Shown: one piece after another, positions 1-11,794 of the stretch | Numbering within the stretch: position 1 is the first letter of the stretch | How the letters are laid out: every line of letters begins with the position of its first letter | Program-made: the position numbers and the translations under genes | The notes under the pieces: model-generated | The model's database searches: none | Told to the model about the DNA's origin: nothing | What the model saw: the letters and a program-made list of their open reading frames with translations, nothing else | From: Octopus sinensis | Lineage: Eukaryota | Reading direction: 5' to 3' | NCBI RefSeq assembly: GCF_006345805.1 | Contig: NC_042998.1 | Location: 24,428,001-24,492,000, forward strand | Length of the DNA stretch: 64,000 bases

Positions 1-366
1 GATAGAGTACCTGCAGATTTCTCAATAGTTCAGTATAGGTGTTCTCTTTTTCACTGATCTTCAGCTTTATGTTAACATCCGCTTGACAGCTAATTTCCAC
101 AACTATGCACAATTTCTCTTCTCTATCCCATGCTAGCATGGAAAACAGACGTTGATGATGATGATCCCAAATCATTATATCAGGTCTGTTGTGTTTACAT
201 TTTATTGAAATTTTCACTGGTACATTCCACCAGTATTCCTATTTATTATGAGTGGCTATAGCTTCTACCATACTGTGAGTTCTTATTTCTTTGTACTCAG
301 GGTTATCCTTTTGATGGATCTTGTAATACAGTGTCCTAGCTACAATATCATGTCTCATTGGTAGAT
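1..366 (-). pseudogene. RLE-type non-LTR retrotransposon (R4/Dong-like, R2 group), C-terminal endonuclease region
   Basis: The minus strand reads PMRHDIVARTLYYKIHQKD...HNK*EYWWNVPVKISIKCKHNRPDIMIWD, then after a 33-nt insertion REEKLCIVVEISCQADVNIKLKISEKENTYTELLRNLQVLY. The RHD, HNRPDI and VEIS motifs are typical of the restriction-like endonuclease. The element runs off the window start. Confidence 0.85.
131..163 (+). mobile_element. 33-nt 3' tail of SINE family D / RTE-type element
   Basis: The sequence TGCTAGCATGGAAAACAGACGTT(GAT)3G is flanked by the direct repeat ATCCCA (125-130, 164-169). Confidence 0.75.
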
Positions 367-545
367 TGTTATGGGGATAATGATGATTATAGAACACTCC
401 TCCCATGTGATATGTGGTTGTGCTAGTCATTACAAATACTGTGATGTAGGAAGTCAAGTGATCAAAAAGTTGAAGTCAATCATAGATAGTCGTGTCTTGT
501 CTAACTAACTGTATTGCTATACCGAAGTACAGTTGGATTACTACA
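367..545 (+). repeat. 5' LTR
   Basis: It runs TGTTATGGGGATAAT...GTTGGATTACTACA, aligns to 3426-3630, and lacks a ~20-25 nt block near its 3' end. Confidence 0.85.
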
Positions 546-659
546 GTGGTGATAAGAAATTAACAAACTCACTAGGATCAAACAAATTCACAAGGAGTTA
601 TGAAACTCACAACAGTTTTTTTTTTGTGTGAATTTTATGATATACAAAATTGTAAAATT

Positions 660-1570
660 ATGGAAGAATTGTTGGTCAGTTTGCTCGAGCTGCAAAAACA
701 GCAACAACAACAACAACAACAACAACAATTACAGCAACTGCAACAACAGTTATTATTACAGCAGCAGATACTGCAATTAATGAATAGTAAGTTATCCAAA
801 AATGCTGAAAAGGCATTCTTGTCAGATTATGTTACAAACTCAATAACAGAATTTAAATATGAATCAGATGAAGGAGATACAAACAGATCTTCAATAAAGA
901 GTGCAAAGATTGGGATGACAATATGAATACATGTCTGATCGTAAGAAAACTGGCAGCAGGAGAACATGAGGGTTACAGAAATTACATACTCCCGCAAAAC
1001 CCTTCTGACATAAACTTTAAAAATACAAAAGACATATTGTGTAAAATTTTTAGCAAGCAAAGCTTGTTGTTCAATACATGCTGGAAATGTTTGAATCTAG
1101 GAAAGAACAATGAGGAGGACTACATCACATATGTTGGTAGAGTTAACAGAAAATATGGAAAGTTCAAACTGTATGAGTTGATGCCAGACATACTCAAGTG
1201 CCTGATATTTACTCGGGGGCTTTTGGCAGAAAAAAGCGCAGAAATAAGAACAAGAATTCTTGCTAAACTGGAACACAACCAGGCTGTAACCTTACCACAA
1301 GTGTCAGAAGAGTGTGAAAGAGTAGTAAATCGAAGACATGTCACAGACAAAATTGAACATAAAGATTGTTCCCAAGCGAAACAAGTGTAAAACAGGCAGA
1401 ATAGAAATCGTGTTTGTACTGAAATACAGTAGAAACAGGACAAAAGTCAGGAAACAAAGCCATGTTTTGAATGTGGCGGTCTATAGCTGAGAAAAAAAAC
1501 TGTCCATTTAAGAACGTGGGATGTTTCTGTTGTGGAAAAATTGGATATATAAAAGTGCCCTGTGAAACCA
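660..1570 (+). pseudogene. Gypsy gag (poly-Q N-terminus, two degenerate CCHC knuckles), frameshifted
   Basis: MEELLVSLLELQKQQQ...; LIVRKLAAGEHEGYRNYILPQNP...CLIFTRGL...EIRTRILAKLE; CFECGGL, CFCCGKIGYIKVPC. Confidence 0.85.
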
Positions 1571-1679
1571 AGATGACAAAACGTTGGAACAAAGAAAAAG
1601 AGTAAACAAGATGTCGTCGAAAGAAAATGGTAATGCGACAAAGTGGGAATTCGTAAATGTGTTGATTGAAAATATAATA

Positions 1680-3260
1680 TAAGAGTAAAAATACAGTTAG
1701 AGACTGGAAGTGATACCATTATGAATGAAGAAACTCGGAAGTATCAGGTCAGTCTATAAATAACGAGATTTTTGCAACAGCATGAACTAAAGGTTGGAGG
1801 TGGATGGGATAAACTACCTGTATCAACTTGCTATAAAAGCAGGTAGTAATTTTACCTTGTTCCTTATTCTTAGTGCAAGTTTTGAAGAGTGCAGTTTGAT
1901 TTTAACAGTTATTTTTTCAAAGCTATAATGGAAGTAACAAAGGAGCATATTCAGCATATTTTTGCTTTATGAGTTCAATAACGGCAACAACGCAACGGAA
2001 AGCGCGAAGAATATTAATGTAGTATATGGAGATTGGACAATAAGCCTGTATCAGCAGAAGTTCCAAAAATTGCAAGCTGGGAACTACAGCCTAGAAGACA
2101 AGCCTTATCCTGGAAGATCTGTAGAGCTCGATGAGGATGTCCTGCAAACCCTAACTGTTGAGGAACTAGCAGAGAAGCTTGGATTTGGTCATTCAACCAT
2201 TCAACACCTACATGCCATCAAAAAAGTCAGCAAATTGGGTCAGCAGGCTCTTCACAAACTTATTGAGTCTCATCGCGTGCAGAAATTGAATGTGTGCTCT
2301 TCTTTGCTGTCATGTCTTACGAATGAACCATTTTTGGACTGAATAGTGGTGACAAGAAATGGGTTCTCTATAAAAATGTCAAGTGCTGAAGGCAGAGGGT
2401 AGGGAAAAGAGAAAGACTGGTACCCCAGTAATGTGACAGTTTGTGACCAAATGAAAATGGCAAAAGTATATGTGTTAAAAAATGCAGTTAATCTATTCAG
2501 CTCAGAGTGCATGGAACTGTTCAAATTGTAAAATACACCCATAAGTGTTTTGTGTGGGAATATAGTTGGTTCAGTCAAAGGTTTGAATGCGGCTGAGGGA
2601 TTGAAATGAAAAATAAAACATTTATTCCCAGATGTTTTTTCGAATGAATTGGGCTGCTGTACAAAAACAAAGGAAAATATTGCATTAAAATAAACCGTAA
2701 CACCTGTATTTAAGCCAAAAACATAATGTAACGTTCACGGTGCTAGAAGAGGTAAATAGGGAATTTGAAAGACTTGAAAGGCTAGGAATAATAGAGAAGA
2801 CAGACCACTTAGATTGAACAGCACCTATGGTCTATGTAAAAGAAAATAATAAGTTATGAGTTGGGGCATATTTTTCGATGGGTTTGAACGATTGCTTAAT
2901 CTCGCATAATTACCCATCGCTGAGTCCTGAAGAAGTGTTTGCATAATTGAATGGAGAGAAATTCTTCTCAAAATTAGACCTCTCAGAGGCATATTTACCT
3001 ATCCAAGTAGAAGAATGCTCACACTTAGCCGTTAATACATACTGTGGCTTATTTAAATTTACACGGCTTCCCTTTGGTGCAAAAGTGGCTCCTTCTGTAT
3101 TTCAACAAGTAATGGATACAATGCTGGCAGACTGTGATTTTACTATTGCCAATCTAGACGTCCTAATAAAAAGTGGATCACACGAACAACATTTAGAACA
3201 CATAAAAAGGATATTCAAAAAGATAAGAGAATGAGGTTTTAAGCTAAGTGAAGAAAATGT
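1680..3260 (+). pseudogene. Gypsy pol relic (protease split by mariner, RT)
   Basis: It reads IQLETGSD before the mariner, then NLFSSECMELFKL and HLFPDVFSNELGCCTK after it. RT reads EKFFSKLDLSEAYL...GLFKFTRLPFGAKVAPSVFQQVMDTML...HLEHIKRIFKKIRE*GFKL. Confidence 0.9.
1744..2425 (+). mobile_element. Mariner (Tc1/mariner) transposon, 3'-truncated, nested in Gypsy protease
   Basis: It starts TA|TCAGGTCAGTC, like the TIR at 12116. From ATG 1928 it reads MEVTKEHIQHI/LYEFNNGNNATESAKNIN...YSLED...PGRS...TVEELAEKL...NEPFLD*, with a degenerate GDEKW region. The right boundary is approximate. Confidence 0.85.
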
Positions 3261-3425
3261 ACAGAGTCCCTGGAAGTGGATGTCAAACGGGAAAATATTA
3301 AATTTATAACTGTATGAAAAAACAAAGAACCCGTAAAGGAGGTAGGGTGATGTAAAAACTATTGTTAATAAAAAGAAATAAAATGACGCTCCCTAGGAGG
3401 AAAAAATCAAAATTAAAAGTGGAGA

Positions 3426-3630
3426 TGTTATGGGGATAATAGTAATAATGGAACACCCCTCCCACATGATGAGTGGTATGTGATAGTCATTATAAATACT
3501 GTGACATAGGACGTTGAGTGGTTAAGAAGTTGGCAAGGCTGGTTATAGAGAGTCATATCCTTACTTGTCTAGTTAACTATAGTGTGATACCGGAGTGGGT
3601 TTTACAACAGTCTGACGTTGGATTACAATT
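3426..3630 (+). repeat. 3' LTR
   Basis: It runs TGTTATGGGGATAAT...GTTGGATTACAATT. The terminal CA has decayed and it is visibly diverged from the 5' LTR, so the insertion is old. Confidence 0.85.
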
Positions 3631-3747
3631 TAGATAATACCATGAGGACATTTTTGGACACCTGCATATGATGTGGGTGATATCTTTGGAGTTAACTACA
3701 CAAGGTGTGCATCGGTTGTCACATTTTACTGCTTTTCTTGCATCAGG
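3631..3747 (-). pseudogene. Same RLE non-LTR element, CCHC zinc knuckle (upstream part, split off by the Gypsy insertion)
   Basis: It reads PDARKAVKCDNRCTPCVVNSKDITHIICRCPKMSSWYYL (C-X2-C-X8-H-X4-C). It joins in frame to PMRHD once 367-3635 is removed. Confidence 0.85.
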
Positions 3748-4454
3748 TATATGTATGTATGCATGTACGTATATATTTTTCTGTTTACTTGGATATATAC
3801 TATAGAAAGCCACACTACTGTGGTATTCACCTTGAGAAAGCATCTCAGACTTTCTGGCTTCTAGACCATAACCACATTGAGTAAGATATACAGAATGCTA
3901 TTCTGAACTATTACTGCTTGTCACTAATAACAAATATAGACACAGACAGACAGACACACACACATCCAAATTAAGGGAGAGGAGCAGTTAAAATCCAGTC
4001 TGCATATGTTTCCTAGCTAGTTGACCCTCTGATGTCATAATTACTCAATGAGGAGTACTCAGCTATCTACTCATTAGGCTGCAGATACATTAATTAAAAT
4101 TTGTCATTAAGGAACCACAACTTAACTCCCTATAGATATAATTTGAAAGCCTACAGCTTTTGGCACCAATAAGTTGCTATTGTTCCTGTACATTTTTTTT
4201 TACTCACCAAGGACTGCTCGAAGCTTACAAACTTCTTACGCTTAGGTCCTTAGATCTTATAACTACATATATATACTTTCCAACATATAATTTACTTGCC
4301 AATGACACCAATACAAAAGACAATAATTGTCCCTATAGTGCAATACTGTATTTTTTTATTATCGGATTAAATTTGATCCAGCAGACCTATGATCCATAAA
4401 ATAAGAAACAAAGGGGTCCACATTCCAGCTGTAGTCATCCAGTTTTTTATTTAG

Positions 4455-4725
4455 CATTATATGCTAAGAACCTAAGAGACATGCATGGGGTGGACGCAGA
4501 TGTCTTTAAAATGAAACTGGATCTCTTCTTGTCAGGTATCCCAGATGAACCAACTTCACGGCAGGCTGTGCAGATGAGGGCAGCTGCATTGAACTCTCTC
4601 ATGCACCAAATGGCAATTGCTAAAAAGCACTCGTGAAGTAAAATCATGTAGCAACACCAAATGGCGGTGCCCCAGCATGGCCACAGCTTGTGAGCTGAAA
4701 CTAGATAAATAAAAAAATTAAAAAA
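4455..4725 (+). mobile_element. CR1/L2-group LINE 3' end (ORF2 C-terminus plus 3' UTR)
   Basis: 4463-4636 reads AKNLRDMHGVDADVFKMKLDLFLSGIPDEP...RAAALNSLMHQMAIAKKHS*. The 3' UTR GGCGGTGCCCCAGCATGGCCACAGC...GCTGAAACTAG is followed by an A-rich tail. Confidence 0.75.
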
Positions 4726-4737
4726 TGTTATCCATTC

Positions 4738-5012
4738 AAGGTGGCGAGCTGGCAGAAACGTTAGCATGCCGGGCGAGATGCTTAGTGGTATTTCATCTGT
4801 CTTTACATCCTGAGTTCAAATTCCACTGAGGTCAACTTTGCCTTTCACCTTTCAGGGGTTGATAAATCAAGTACCAGTTGTGAATTGGAATCGATCTAAT
4901 TGGCTGGGTCTCTCCCCAAAAATTTTGGGCCTTATGCCTAGAGTAGAAAAGAATACATATTTTATGTAAGGCAGCAAGCTGGCAGAAACATTAGCACGCC
5001 GGGCCAAATGCT
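4738..5012 (+). mobile_element. SINE family B (tRNA-derived), one copy plus a second head
   Basis: It has the head GGCGAGCTGGCAGAAACGTTAGC, the B box GAGTTCAAATTCC and the central GTCAACTTTGCCTTTCA. Confidence 0.85.
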
Positions 5013-5344
5013 AGTGGTCAACATGAACCCTGGTTGAGAAATACTGATTTAGGGTAAATTTGGTTAAGTGACTGTAGGGTGGAATTAAAGAGTGAAAAGA
5101 AAAGACAAACAGAATTAGAGAGAGAAAAGAAAAGACAAACAGATGCAAGAACATCTGAAGGAACAGAATGTGTGAAAGGGAGGAAGGAACAAGTGGCTGG
5201 GGAGAAGGTGGGGGCTATGTGTAGGGTGGTGTCAATAAGGGGGTGATTGGCAATGGCAGAGGCGACCAAAAGTAAAGATGGATGATGGGGGGAAGAGCAA
5301 GAGTATGATGTGTGCATCTTTCTCTGTGTGTTTGTCTCTCTCAC

Positions 5345-5530
5345 AGATAGCTAACTGGTGTTAGTTTGTTTATGTCCCTCTAACACAGCAGTTCAATAAT
5401 AAACAGACTATTAGGATAAGTACCAGACTTTGAATATAAGGGATGACTTGATCAACTAAAGTCTTCAAGGTGGTGTCCCAGCATGGCCACAGTCTAATGG
5501 CTGAAACAGTTAAAAGAGTAACAGAGTAAA
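5345..5530 (+). mobile_element. SINE family A, old 3' half
   Basis: It carries the tail GGTGGTGTCCCAGCATGGCCACAGTC...GCTGAAACAG. Confidence 0.7.
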
Positions 5531-5547
5531 AGAAAAACTGAAAGAAT

Positions 5548-5764
5548 ACCTATTTCTTTACTACCCACAAGGGGCTAAACACAGAGGGGACAAACAAGGA
5601 CAGACAAACGAATTAAGTCGATTGTGTCGACCCCAGTGCGTAACTGGTATTTATTTAATCGACCCCGAAAGGATGAAAGGCTAAGTCATCCTCGGCGGAA
5701 TTTGAACTCAGAACGTAGCAGCAGATGAAATACTGCTAAGCATTTCGCCTGGCGTGCTCGCCGC
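5548..5764 (-). mobile_element. SINE family B
   Basis: It runs ATTTCTTTACTACCCACAAGGGG...GACCCCGAAAGGATGAAAGG...GGAATTTGAACTCAG. Confidence 0.9.
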
Positions 5765-6826
5765 CTATACCATTAGGGTTGGAAGCAAGCTGTGGCAGGG
5801 ACTTTTATGGCATCACTTAACCACTTCAATGCCAGAGTTAAAACTGCCTTAAAAAATCAAACCTCATGATAAATTTTACAAATATATTGCATACTTTAAG
5901 CCCTTTATTTTAAAACACCCCTTAATTTTACGATTGCATATCTCCCTGAAAGACAAACTGGTTATGACTAGAAGTACTTATTGAATGCCTTTTCATCTAC
6001 TTTCTCAGCATATGTCTGGTCAAGCTGCACTGTTAGAGGCTTCCCATCAAGAAAATCAATTCTCATTACACATATGATAATTTCTGTAACATAATCCATA
6101 AAAACATAAAATGCAACAGCAATAATATCACATTATATTACCAAGAACTTTAATATCAGTTAATTGGTAACAAATATTTATGATGGAAAATACTAATCTT
6201 AATTTCTTAAGAACTGTCTGTAGAAATAGCCCAATACTCTTGGGTTTATAATCAATCTTGCAGTCCATTTCTGTATCAGAATAAAAGAAAAACAACTCAT
6301 ATATATATATATATAAATACACTACAGAGTGCTTTCTTTCTGTGTCTCATAAAGAACAAAATATCTTTAGTAAGAATCTAATGCCAAAACTGTAAGCCAC
6401 AGATCTGCTCATCATTTATTCATTGCTCGTCAATTATCCATTGTTCTAACGTTGGTGTGTAGCAGCTACTGAACTAGAGTGTACAGAATAAACATCATCT
6501 GCTTAAATGACAGTATATTATGCTCATAAACAGCGCAGCAAATATGAAATGGAAATATCATATTAGTATTACTACGCACTCTGCATACATCTCCTGTTTT
6601 CTATTATTGATCTGTCTAGCTCTTGGAAGTGAAGTAGAATTGTAAATACAGTTGTCAGTAGCCCTTTCTCACACACCCACCAGGTCAACTCTGATCGAGC
6701 AAATTTATATCATTGGTATTCCAGCCATGACCATCCCCGTGATTAAGTAGTCAGAGATGTATAAATAATGACTAGAAATACGAAGACGTTTCTTTGGCTG
6801 AAGATATACATATGGAGTTGTTGTTG

Positions 6827-7140
6827 TGAAGGTGTGTAGTTTAGTGGTTAGGGCATTCAGCTCAAGATTGTAAGGTCATGAGTTCAATTCCCAGTGACAC
6901 TTTGTGTCCTTGAGCAAGACACTTTATTTCACGTTGCTCCAGTCCACTCAGCTGGCAAAAATGAAAAATACCTGTAAATTCAAAGGGCCAGCCTTGTCAC
7001 ACTATGTCATGCTGAATCTCCCTGAGAATGACATTAAGGGTACACGTGTCTGTGGAGTATTCAGCCACTTGCACATTAATTTCACAAGCAAGCTGTTCCT
7101 TTAGTCATATCAGCTGGGACCCTTGTCGTCATAACTGGCT
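6827..7140 (+). mobile_element. SINE family C variant (tRNA head, CORE-like GTGTCCTTGAGCAAGACACTT box)
   Basis: It has A and B boxes. The body CATTAAGGGTACACGTGTCTGTGGAGTA is shared with 29050, 41178 and 60900. Confidence 0.8.
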
Positions 7141-7390
7141 GAGTTCTCCTAATTTTGTTGTTGTTGTTTCCTCATTGACTTGCATAAACACAGCTATTGT
7201 TGTTGTTTAGCCCCAGGTTAAGCCTGACTGAGTAGATCATAGATCAAAGGCATTCAAGCCATGACCATCCAATCTTTTATTCGCATATATTTGGGATTAC
7301 ATTATCCAATGTGTTCTTCCTTTTTTAAAGTATTGGAATACATTTCAGTGAAATTTTGATACTTTTTCTAGCAAAATTTATCTAATCCGT

Positions 7391-7806
7391 AGGCACGGGA
7401 GTGGCTGTGTAGTAAGTAGCTTGCTTACCAACCACATGGTTACAGGTTCAGTCCCACTGCGTAGCACCTTGGGCAAATGTCTTCTACTATAGTCTCGGGC
7501 TGGCCAAAGCCTTGTGAATGGATTTGGTAGACAGAAACTGAAAGAAGCCCGTCATATATATGTATATGTATATATATATATAAATGTGTGTGTGTATGTT
7601 TGTGTGTCTGTCTTTGTCCAACCCCCCAAACATCGCTTGACAACCGATGCTGGTGTGTTTATGTCCCCGTGAGTTAGCAGTTCGACAAAAGAGACTGATA
7701 GAATAAGTACTAGGTTTACAAAGAATAAGTCCTGGGGTCGATTTGCTCGACTAAAGGTGGTGCTCCAGCATGGCTGCAGTCAAATGACTGAACAAAGTAA
7801 AAGAGT
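7391..7806 (+). mobile_element. SINE family A, full length
   Basis: It runs GGAGTGGCTGTGT.GTAAG...GGTTCAGTCCC...(TA/TG)n linker...CCAGCATGGC.GCAGTCAAATGACTGAA...AAAAGAG. Confidence 0.92.
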
Positions 7807-8632
7807 ATCTTGCATGTTCAAGATTTCAATGATGTGATTGCTTATTTTTTCTATGACATTATAGAGTAGGTGTGAGATGCTTAATCTGGTCAGTTTGAAA
7901 ATAAACCTGGTATAATACTTGGGTCTGACGTGGTAGGTTTAAATGCAGAATTATATAGCGTTTACTTGTTTAGCCCTAGGCTATTCAGCGTTAGTTTCAT
8001 CATGACAGTTGTAGCCAGGACTATGTTATTCAATATATCCTTCTCTTTTAAGTGTAACGAGATGTGATTTAAAAAAGCTTTGGCTGTTATTTCTGAAGTG
8101 ATTACGTAGAGACTTCTTTATTCATTTGGCTTTTCCCAAGTGGTCAACCAGTTTTTGAAGAAATGTCCATGAAATGACGCTATAATCACTAAACTCTAAT
8201 AATTATAAGATGAAGCAAAAGAGCATGAAAATGTATTTTCGAAATTTTCAAGTCAAATTCTAAAAGCCAGCTTTTGTACTGATTCCCATTCAAGGACTTT
8301 GGTCGATATTGATCTTATTAATCATAAATAGGAACATTTGATTAGCAATAATTACTTCTATTCAACCCCATTTTTATGATTTTATCTCCTGCACTTAACT
8401 GGTTGTTAAAACTTGCTCATTTCCAATATGATTGTTGGCAGGTTATTATTTCTGTAGTCTATGTGGTTGATATTTCAATTAGATTTGTTTAAACCACAGT
8501 CTTGTTATTCCTGCCATCCATCATATTTAACAACCATTTCTATTCTACATTATTTCTTTATGAACTCCTTACTGTCACATAGTACAAGTACAGATGTATT
8601 ATTATGCAAATAAGTTATACCTAATGCACTTT

Positions 8633-8693
8633 TGGAGGTGCAATGACCCAGTGGTTAGGGCAGCGGACTCACAGTCGGAGGACCGCGGTTCTC
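8633..8693 (+). mobile_element. SINE family C head only
   Basis: GGTGCAATGACCCAGTGGTTAGGGCAGCGGACTC. Confidence 0.7.
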
Positions 8694-9147
8694 ATTTTGT
8701 TAAATGAATAAATAATTCAGCATTCTAATATCCGAAAGTTGATGAACAAACTAAATTTGTTTCGCCATTTTCTTATTTGTATTATAAATTAACGGTAAAA
8801 ATATTTCTTTACCTTCACCCGCTTAATACAATAAATAAGTTAATTGCATTGCAATTAAAAACATTTATGTATTAAGAATCTGATTGAAACAAGTAAAGAG
8901 TAAAAGAAAAAGACCAATACTATAAGAGTATTCTAGTAATATGCAAATACACTGATTGATTTTCAACGTTATTTCTAATATCTTGGAAAAAAAAATGCAT
9001 GTGCAACAGTATATTACTTGGGCACAAATACAGAACTGGTTATGAATAAATATATATATACAATGACTTAGCTGAGGGATGCTGATTAAAATATTTGCAA
9101 ATTGTACAAGGCATATTTCATTTGTATATCATCAACTTTCTCCTCCT

Positions 9148-9258
9148 CATCATCATCATTTAACATCCATCTTCCATGCTGGCATGGGTTGGACGGGTTG
9201 ACTGAGGGCTGTTGAGCCGAAAGGCTGCACCACTCGGAGAGTGTAGTGAGTGCTTTTT
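9148..9258 (-). mobile_element. SINE family D 3' part
   Basis: (CAT)n TTAACATCCATCTTCCATGCTGGCATGGGTTGGACG. Confidence 0.8.
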
Positions 9259-9462
9259 ATAATAATAATAACATTGAAAAATACCTTAGGAATGAGAACC
9301 CAGGTTCGAAATTTCCCCAAGACACTGATGAAGGCTGGAGGGTATATCAGCCGGAACGTTGTGTTAACAACAAACAAGATGAGGACAAATATCCATTAAG
9401 TGTAAATAATGTAAATAATGTAAATAATGAACATAATTCCTCATCTCTTAAATATAGAACTG
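9259..9462 (+). mobile_element. HHR-bearing element family F, headless copy
   Basis: It runs (AAT)n CATTGAAAAATACCTTAGGAATGAGAACC...GAACTG and matches 35706-35950 and 60321-60700. Confidence 0.85.
9321..9365 (+). ncRNA. Minimal type I hammerhead, family F, probably inactivated
   Basis: GACA-CTGATGA-A-GGCTG-gagggtatat-CAGCC-GGAA-C-GT-T-GTGTT, with an A13G change and one C lost from helix I. Confidence 0.6.
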
Positions 9463-10174
9463 TATTATGAATGTACTTGTTGTATGCGTATGTATTTAGT
9501 GAAATTAGGCCTATGAAGGACCTAAATTTCACTAAACTGGAAATGTGGATTGAACTGACTATGTTTTGTTTATCATTAAAATTTGCTTTCTAATTTCCTC
9601 CGAAATGCCAGAAAAATGTAGCAAAAGTCTATATATTAAAATTTAAACAAAATTGTACCAGATATAACTCATTTGCATAAAGTGAAAGTGAAGAGTACAT
9701 AAATACTGTACAAGACATACTTAAACACTAATTATGTTTTAAGCTTATTTAAGTATATTTTAATTAAGAATAATTTAAGTATATTTGAGAATATTTTAAT
9801 TATATATATTTTAAATATATTTAAGTATAATTTAATTAAGTGAAGTTAAAGTACATGGAAGTATATTTTAATCAAGTATATTTTATGTATATTTAAGTAT
9901 GTTTTTATATATATATTTAAATCATTGGTTCAGACATATTTTAAGTTCCCTGTTAATGAGTTGCAGAGCCGAAGATCAAAATTAACGAGAGAACCTGATT
10001 TTAAGAAGACAGGGAAGAGTTTTTAGAAATGTTGATATTATTTAGTTCTTGGTCTGATTCTTCTCTTAAAAGTCCAAATCTTACTGGTTTCATACTTGGA
10101 AATGGTATCAAGCAAAGTTGCCAAAAAAAAAGGGTCAAAGAGAAGAATTTTAGCAAAAACAATATAAGTATATT

Positions 10175-10588
10175 GGTGCAGGAGTGGCTGTGTGGTAAGT
10201 AGCTTGCTTACCAACCACATGGTTCCGGGTTCAGTCCCACTGCGTGGCATTTTGGGCAAGTGTCTTCTGCTATAGCCTTGGGCCGACCAATGCCTTGTGA
10301 GTGGATTTGGTAGACAGAAACTGAAAGAAGCCTGTCGTATATATGTATATGTATATATATGTATGTGTGCGTGTATGTTTGTGTGTCTGTGTTTGTCCCC
10401 CTAGCATTGCTTGACAACCGATGCTGGTGTGTTTACGTCCACGTCACTTAGCAGTTCGGCAAAAGAGACCGATAGAATAAGTACTGGGCTTACAAAGAAT
10501 AAGTCCCGGGGTTGATTTGCTCGACTAAAGGCGGTGCTCCAGCATGGCCGCAGTCAAATGACTGAAACAAATAAAAGAGTAAAAGAGT
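10175..10588 (+). mobile_element. SINE family A, full length
   Basis: It has near-consensus head, linker and tail. Confidence 0.93.
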
Positions 10589-10623
10589 ATGTATAGTATG
10601 AAATTAAAAGGAAATTTTAGACT

Positions 10624-10699
10624 TATCATCATCATTCTCGTCGTCATCATCATCATCATCATCATTATTGTTGTCGTCTTCATCATCATCATTGCTCTC

Positions 10700-10736
<37 letters not shown>

Positions 10737-10760
10737 CCATCATCACCATCACCATCATTA
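10624..10760. repeat. (CAT)n microsatellite abutting a minus-strand SINE D tail (10755-10965)
   Basis: A direct CAT run is followed by TTTAATGTCCCCTTTTCTATGCTTGCATG. Confidence 0.9.
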
Positions 10761-10978
10761 TTTTAATGTCCCCTTTTCTATGCTTGCATGAGTTGGAATG
10801 GGTTTCAGTGAGACAGGTGCCTTTCCTGTTGCTGAGCCAAATAATATTTTTCCATGGCCAGACATGTTTTGCAGAATATTGAAACTGAATGATATTAATT
10901 TACAGCAATCATGCGATGTCAAGACTAGGAGACACAAACATATACACATGCATACTCACCAAAACATGCATATTTACC

Positions 10979-11135
10979 AGGAGTGGCTGTGTGGTAAGCA
11001 GCTTGCTTACCAACCACATAGTTCCAGGTTCAGTCCCACTGCGTGGCACCTTGGGCAAGTGTCTTCTACTATAGCCTTGGGCCAACCAAAGCCTTGAGAG
11101 TGGATTTGGTAGACGGAAATTGAAAGAAGCCCATC

Positions 11136-11175
<40 letters not shown>

Positions 11176-11406
11176 TGTCTGTGTGTGTCTGTGTTTCCCC
11201 CGCTAACATCGCTTGACAACTGATGCTGGTGTGTTTACGTCCCCATAACTTAGCGATTCGGCAAAAGAGACTGGCAGAATAAGTTAGTACTTATTCTACC
11301 AGTCTCTTACAAAGAATAAGTCCTGGGGCTGATTTGCTCAACTAAAGGCACTGCTCCAGCATGGCCACAGTCAAATGACTGGGACAAGTAAAAGAGTAAA
11401 AGAGTA
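10979..11406 (+). mobile_element. SINE family A, full length
   Basis: It has the same head and tail, with a (TG)n linker. Confidence 0.92.
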
Positions 11407-11498
11407 AAACATATGTGTGCGTGTATATATATGTACACACACACACACACTCACATATGTGTATATATATATATCTATATATGCACACGCACATGTGA

Positions 11499-11534
<36 letters not shown>

Positions 11535-11541
11535 GTGTGTG

Positions 11542-11765
11542 AGCTGGCAGAAATGTTAGCATGCCGGGCGAAATGCTTAGTGGTATTTCAGCTGCTGTTA
11601 TGTTCTGAGTTCAAATTCTACTGAGGTCAACTTTGCCTTTCATCTTTTCGGGGTTGATTAAATAAGTACCAGTTATGCACTGGGGTCGATGTAATCGACT
11701 TAATCCTTTTTCACTGTCCTTGTTTGTCCCCTCTATGTCTAGCTCCCTGTCAGCAATAAAGAAAT
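11542..11765 (+). mobile_element. SINE family B
   Basis: GAGCTGGCAGAAATGTTAGC...GCAATAAAGAAATA. Confidence 0.88.
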
Positions 11766-11794
11766 ATATAAATAGTTTATATCCATTTAAAAGA

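Larger units (their letters stand above)
367..3630 (+). mobile_element. Ty3/Gypsy LTR retrotransposon (Mag / K02A2.6-like), internally deleted
   Basis: It has two LTRs and a 5-bp TSD TAGAT (362-366, 3631-3635). A PBS-like GTGGTGATAAG follows the 5' LTR and a PPT AAAAGTGGAGA lies at 3415-3425. Gag, protease and RT relics are present; RNase H and integrase were not seen. Confidence 0.92.

Noticed and set aside
600-926. Poly-Q host protein
   Set aside because: It lies between LTRs and continues by frameshift into Gypsy gag.
1962-2342. SETMAR-like gene
   Set aside because: There is no SET domain. It is a plain decayed mariner transposase, as is 12191-13221.
3636-3745. Plus-strand exon or selenoprotein-like frame (IIP*GHFWTPAYDVGDIF..., donor at 3745)
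   Set aside because: It is fully explained as the antisense of the RLE-LINE zinc knuckle.
5955-6060. Minus-strand peptide IDFLDGKPLTVQLDQTYAEKVDEKAFNKYF*
   Set aside because: It looks protein-like, but two stops lie immediately upstream in frame and the nearest good acceptor gives a different, quickly terminating frame.
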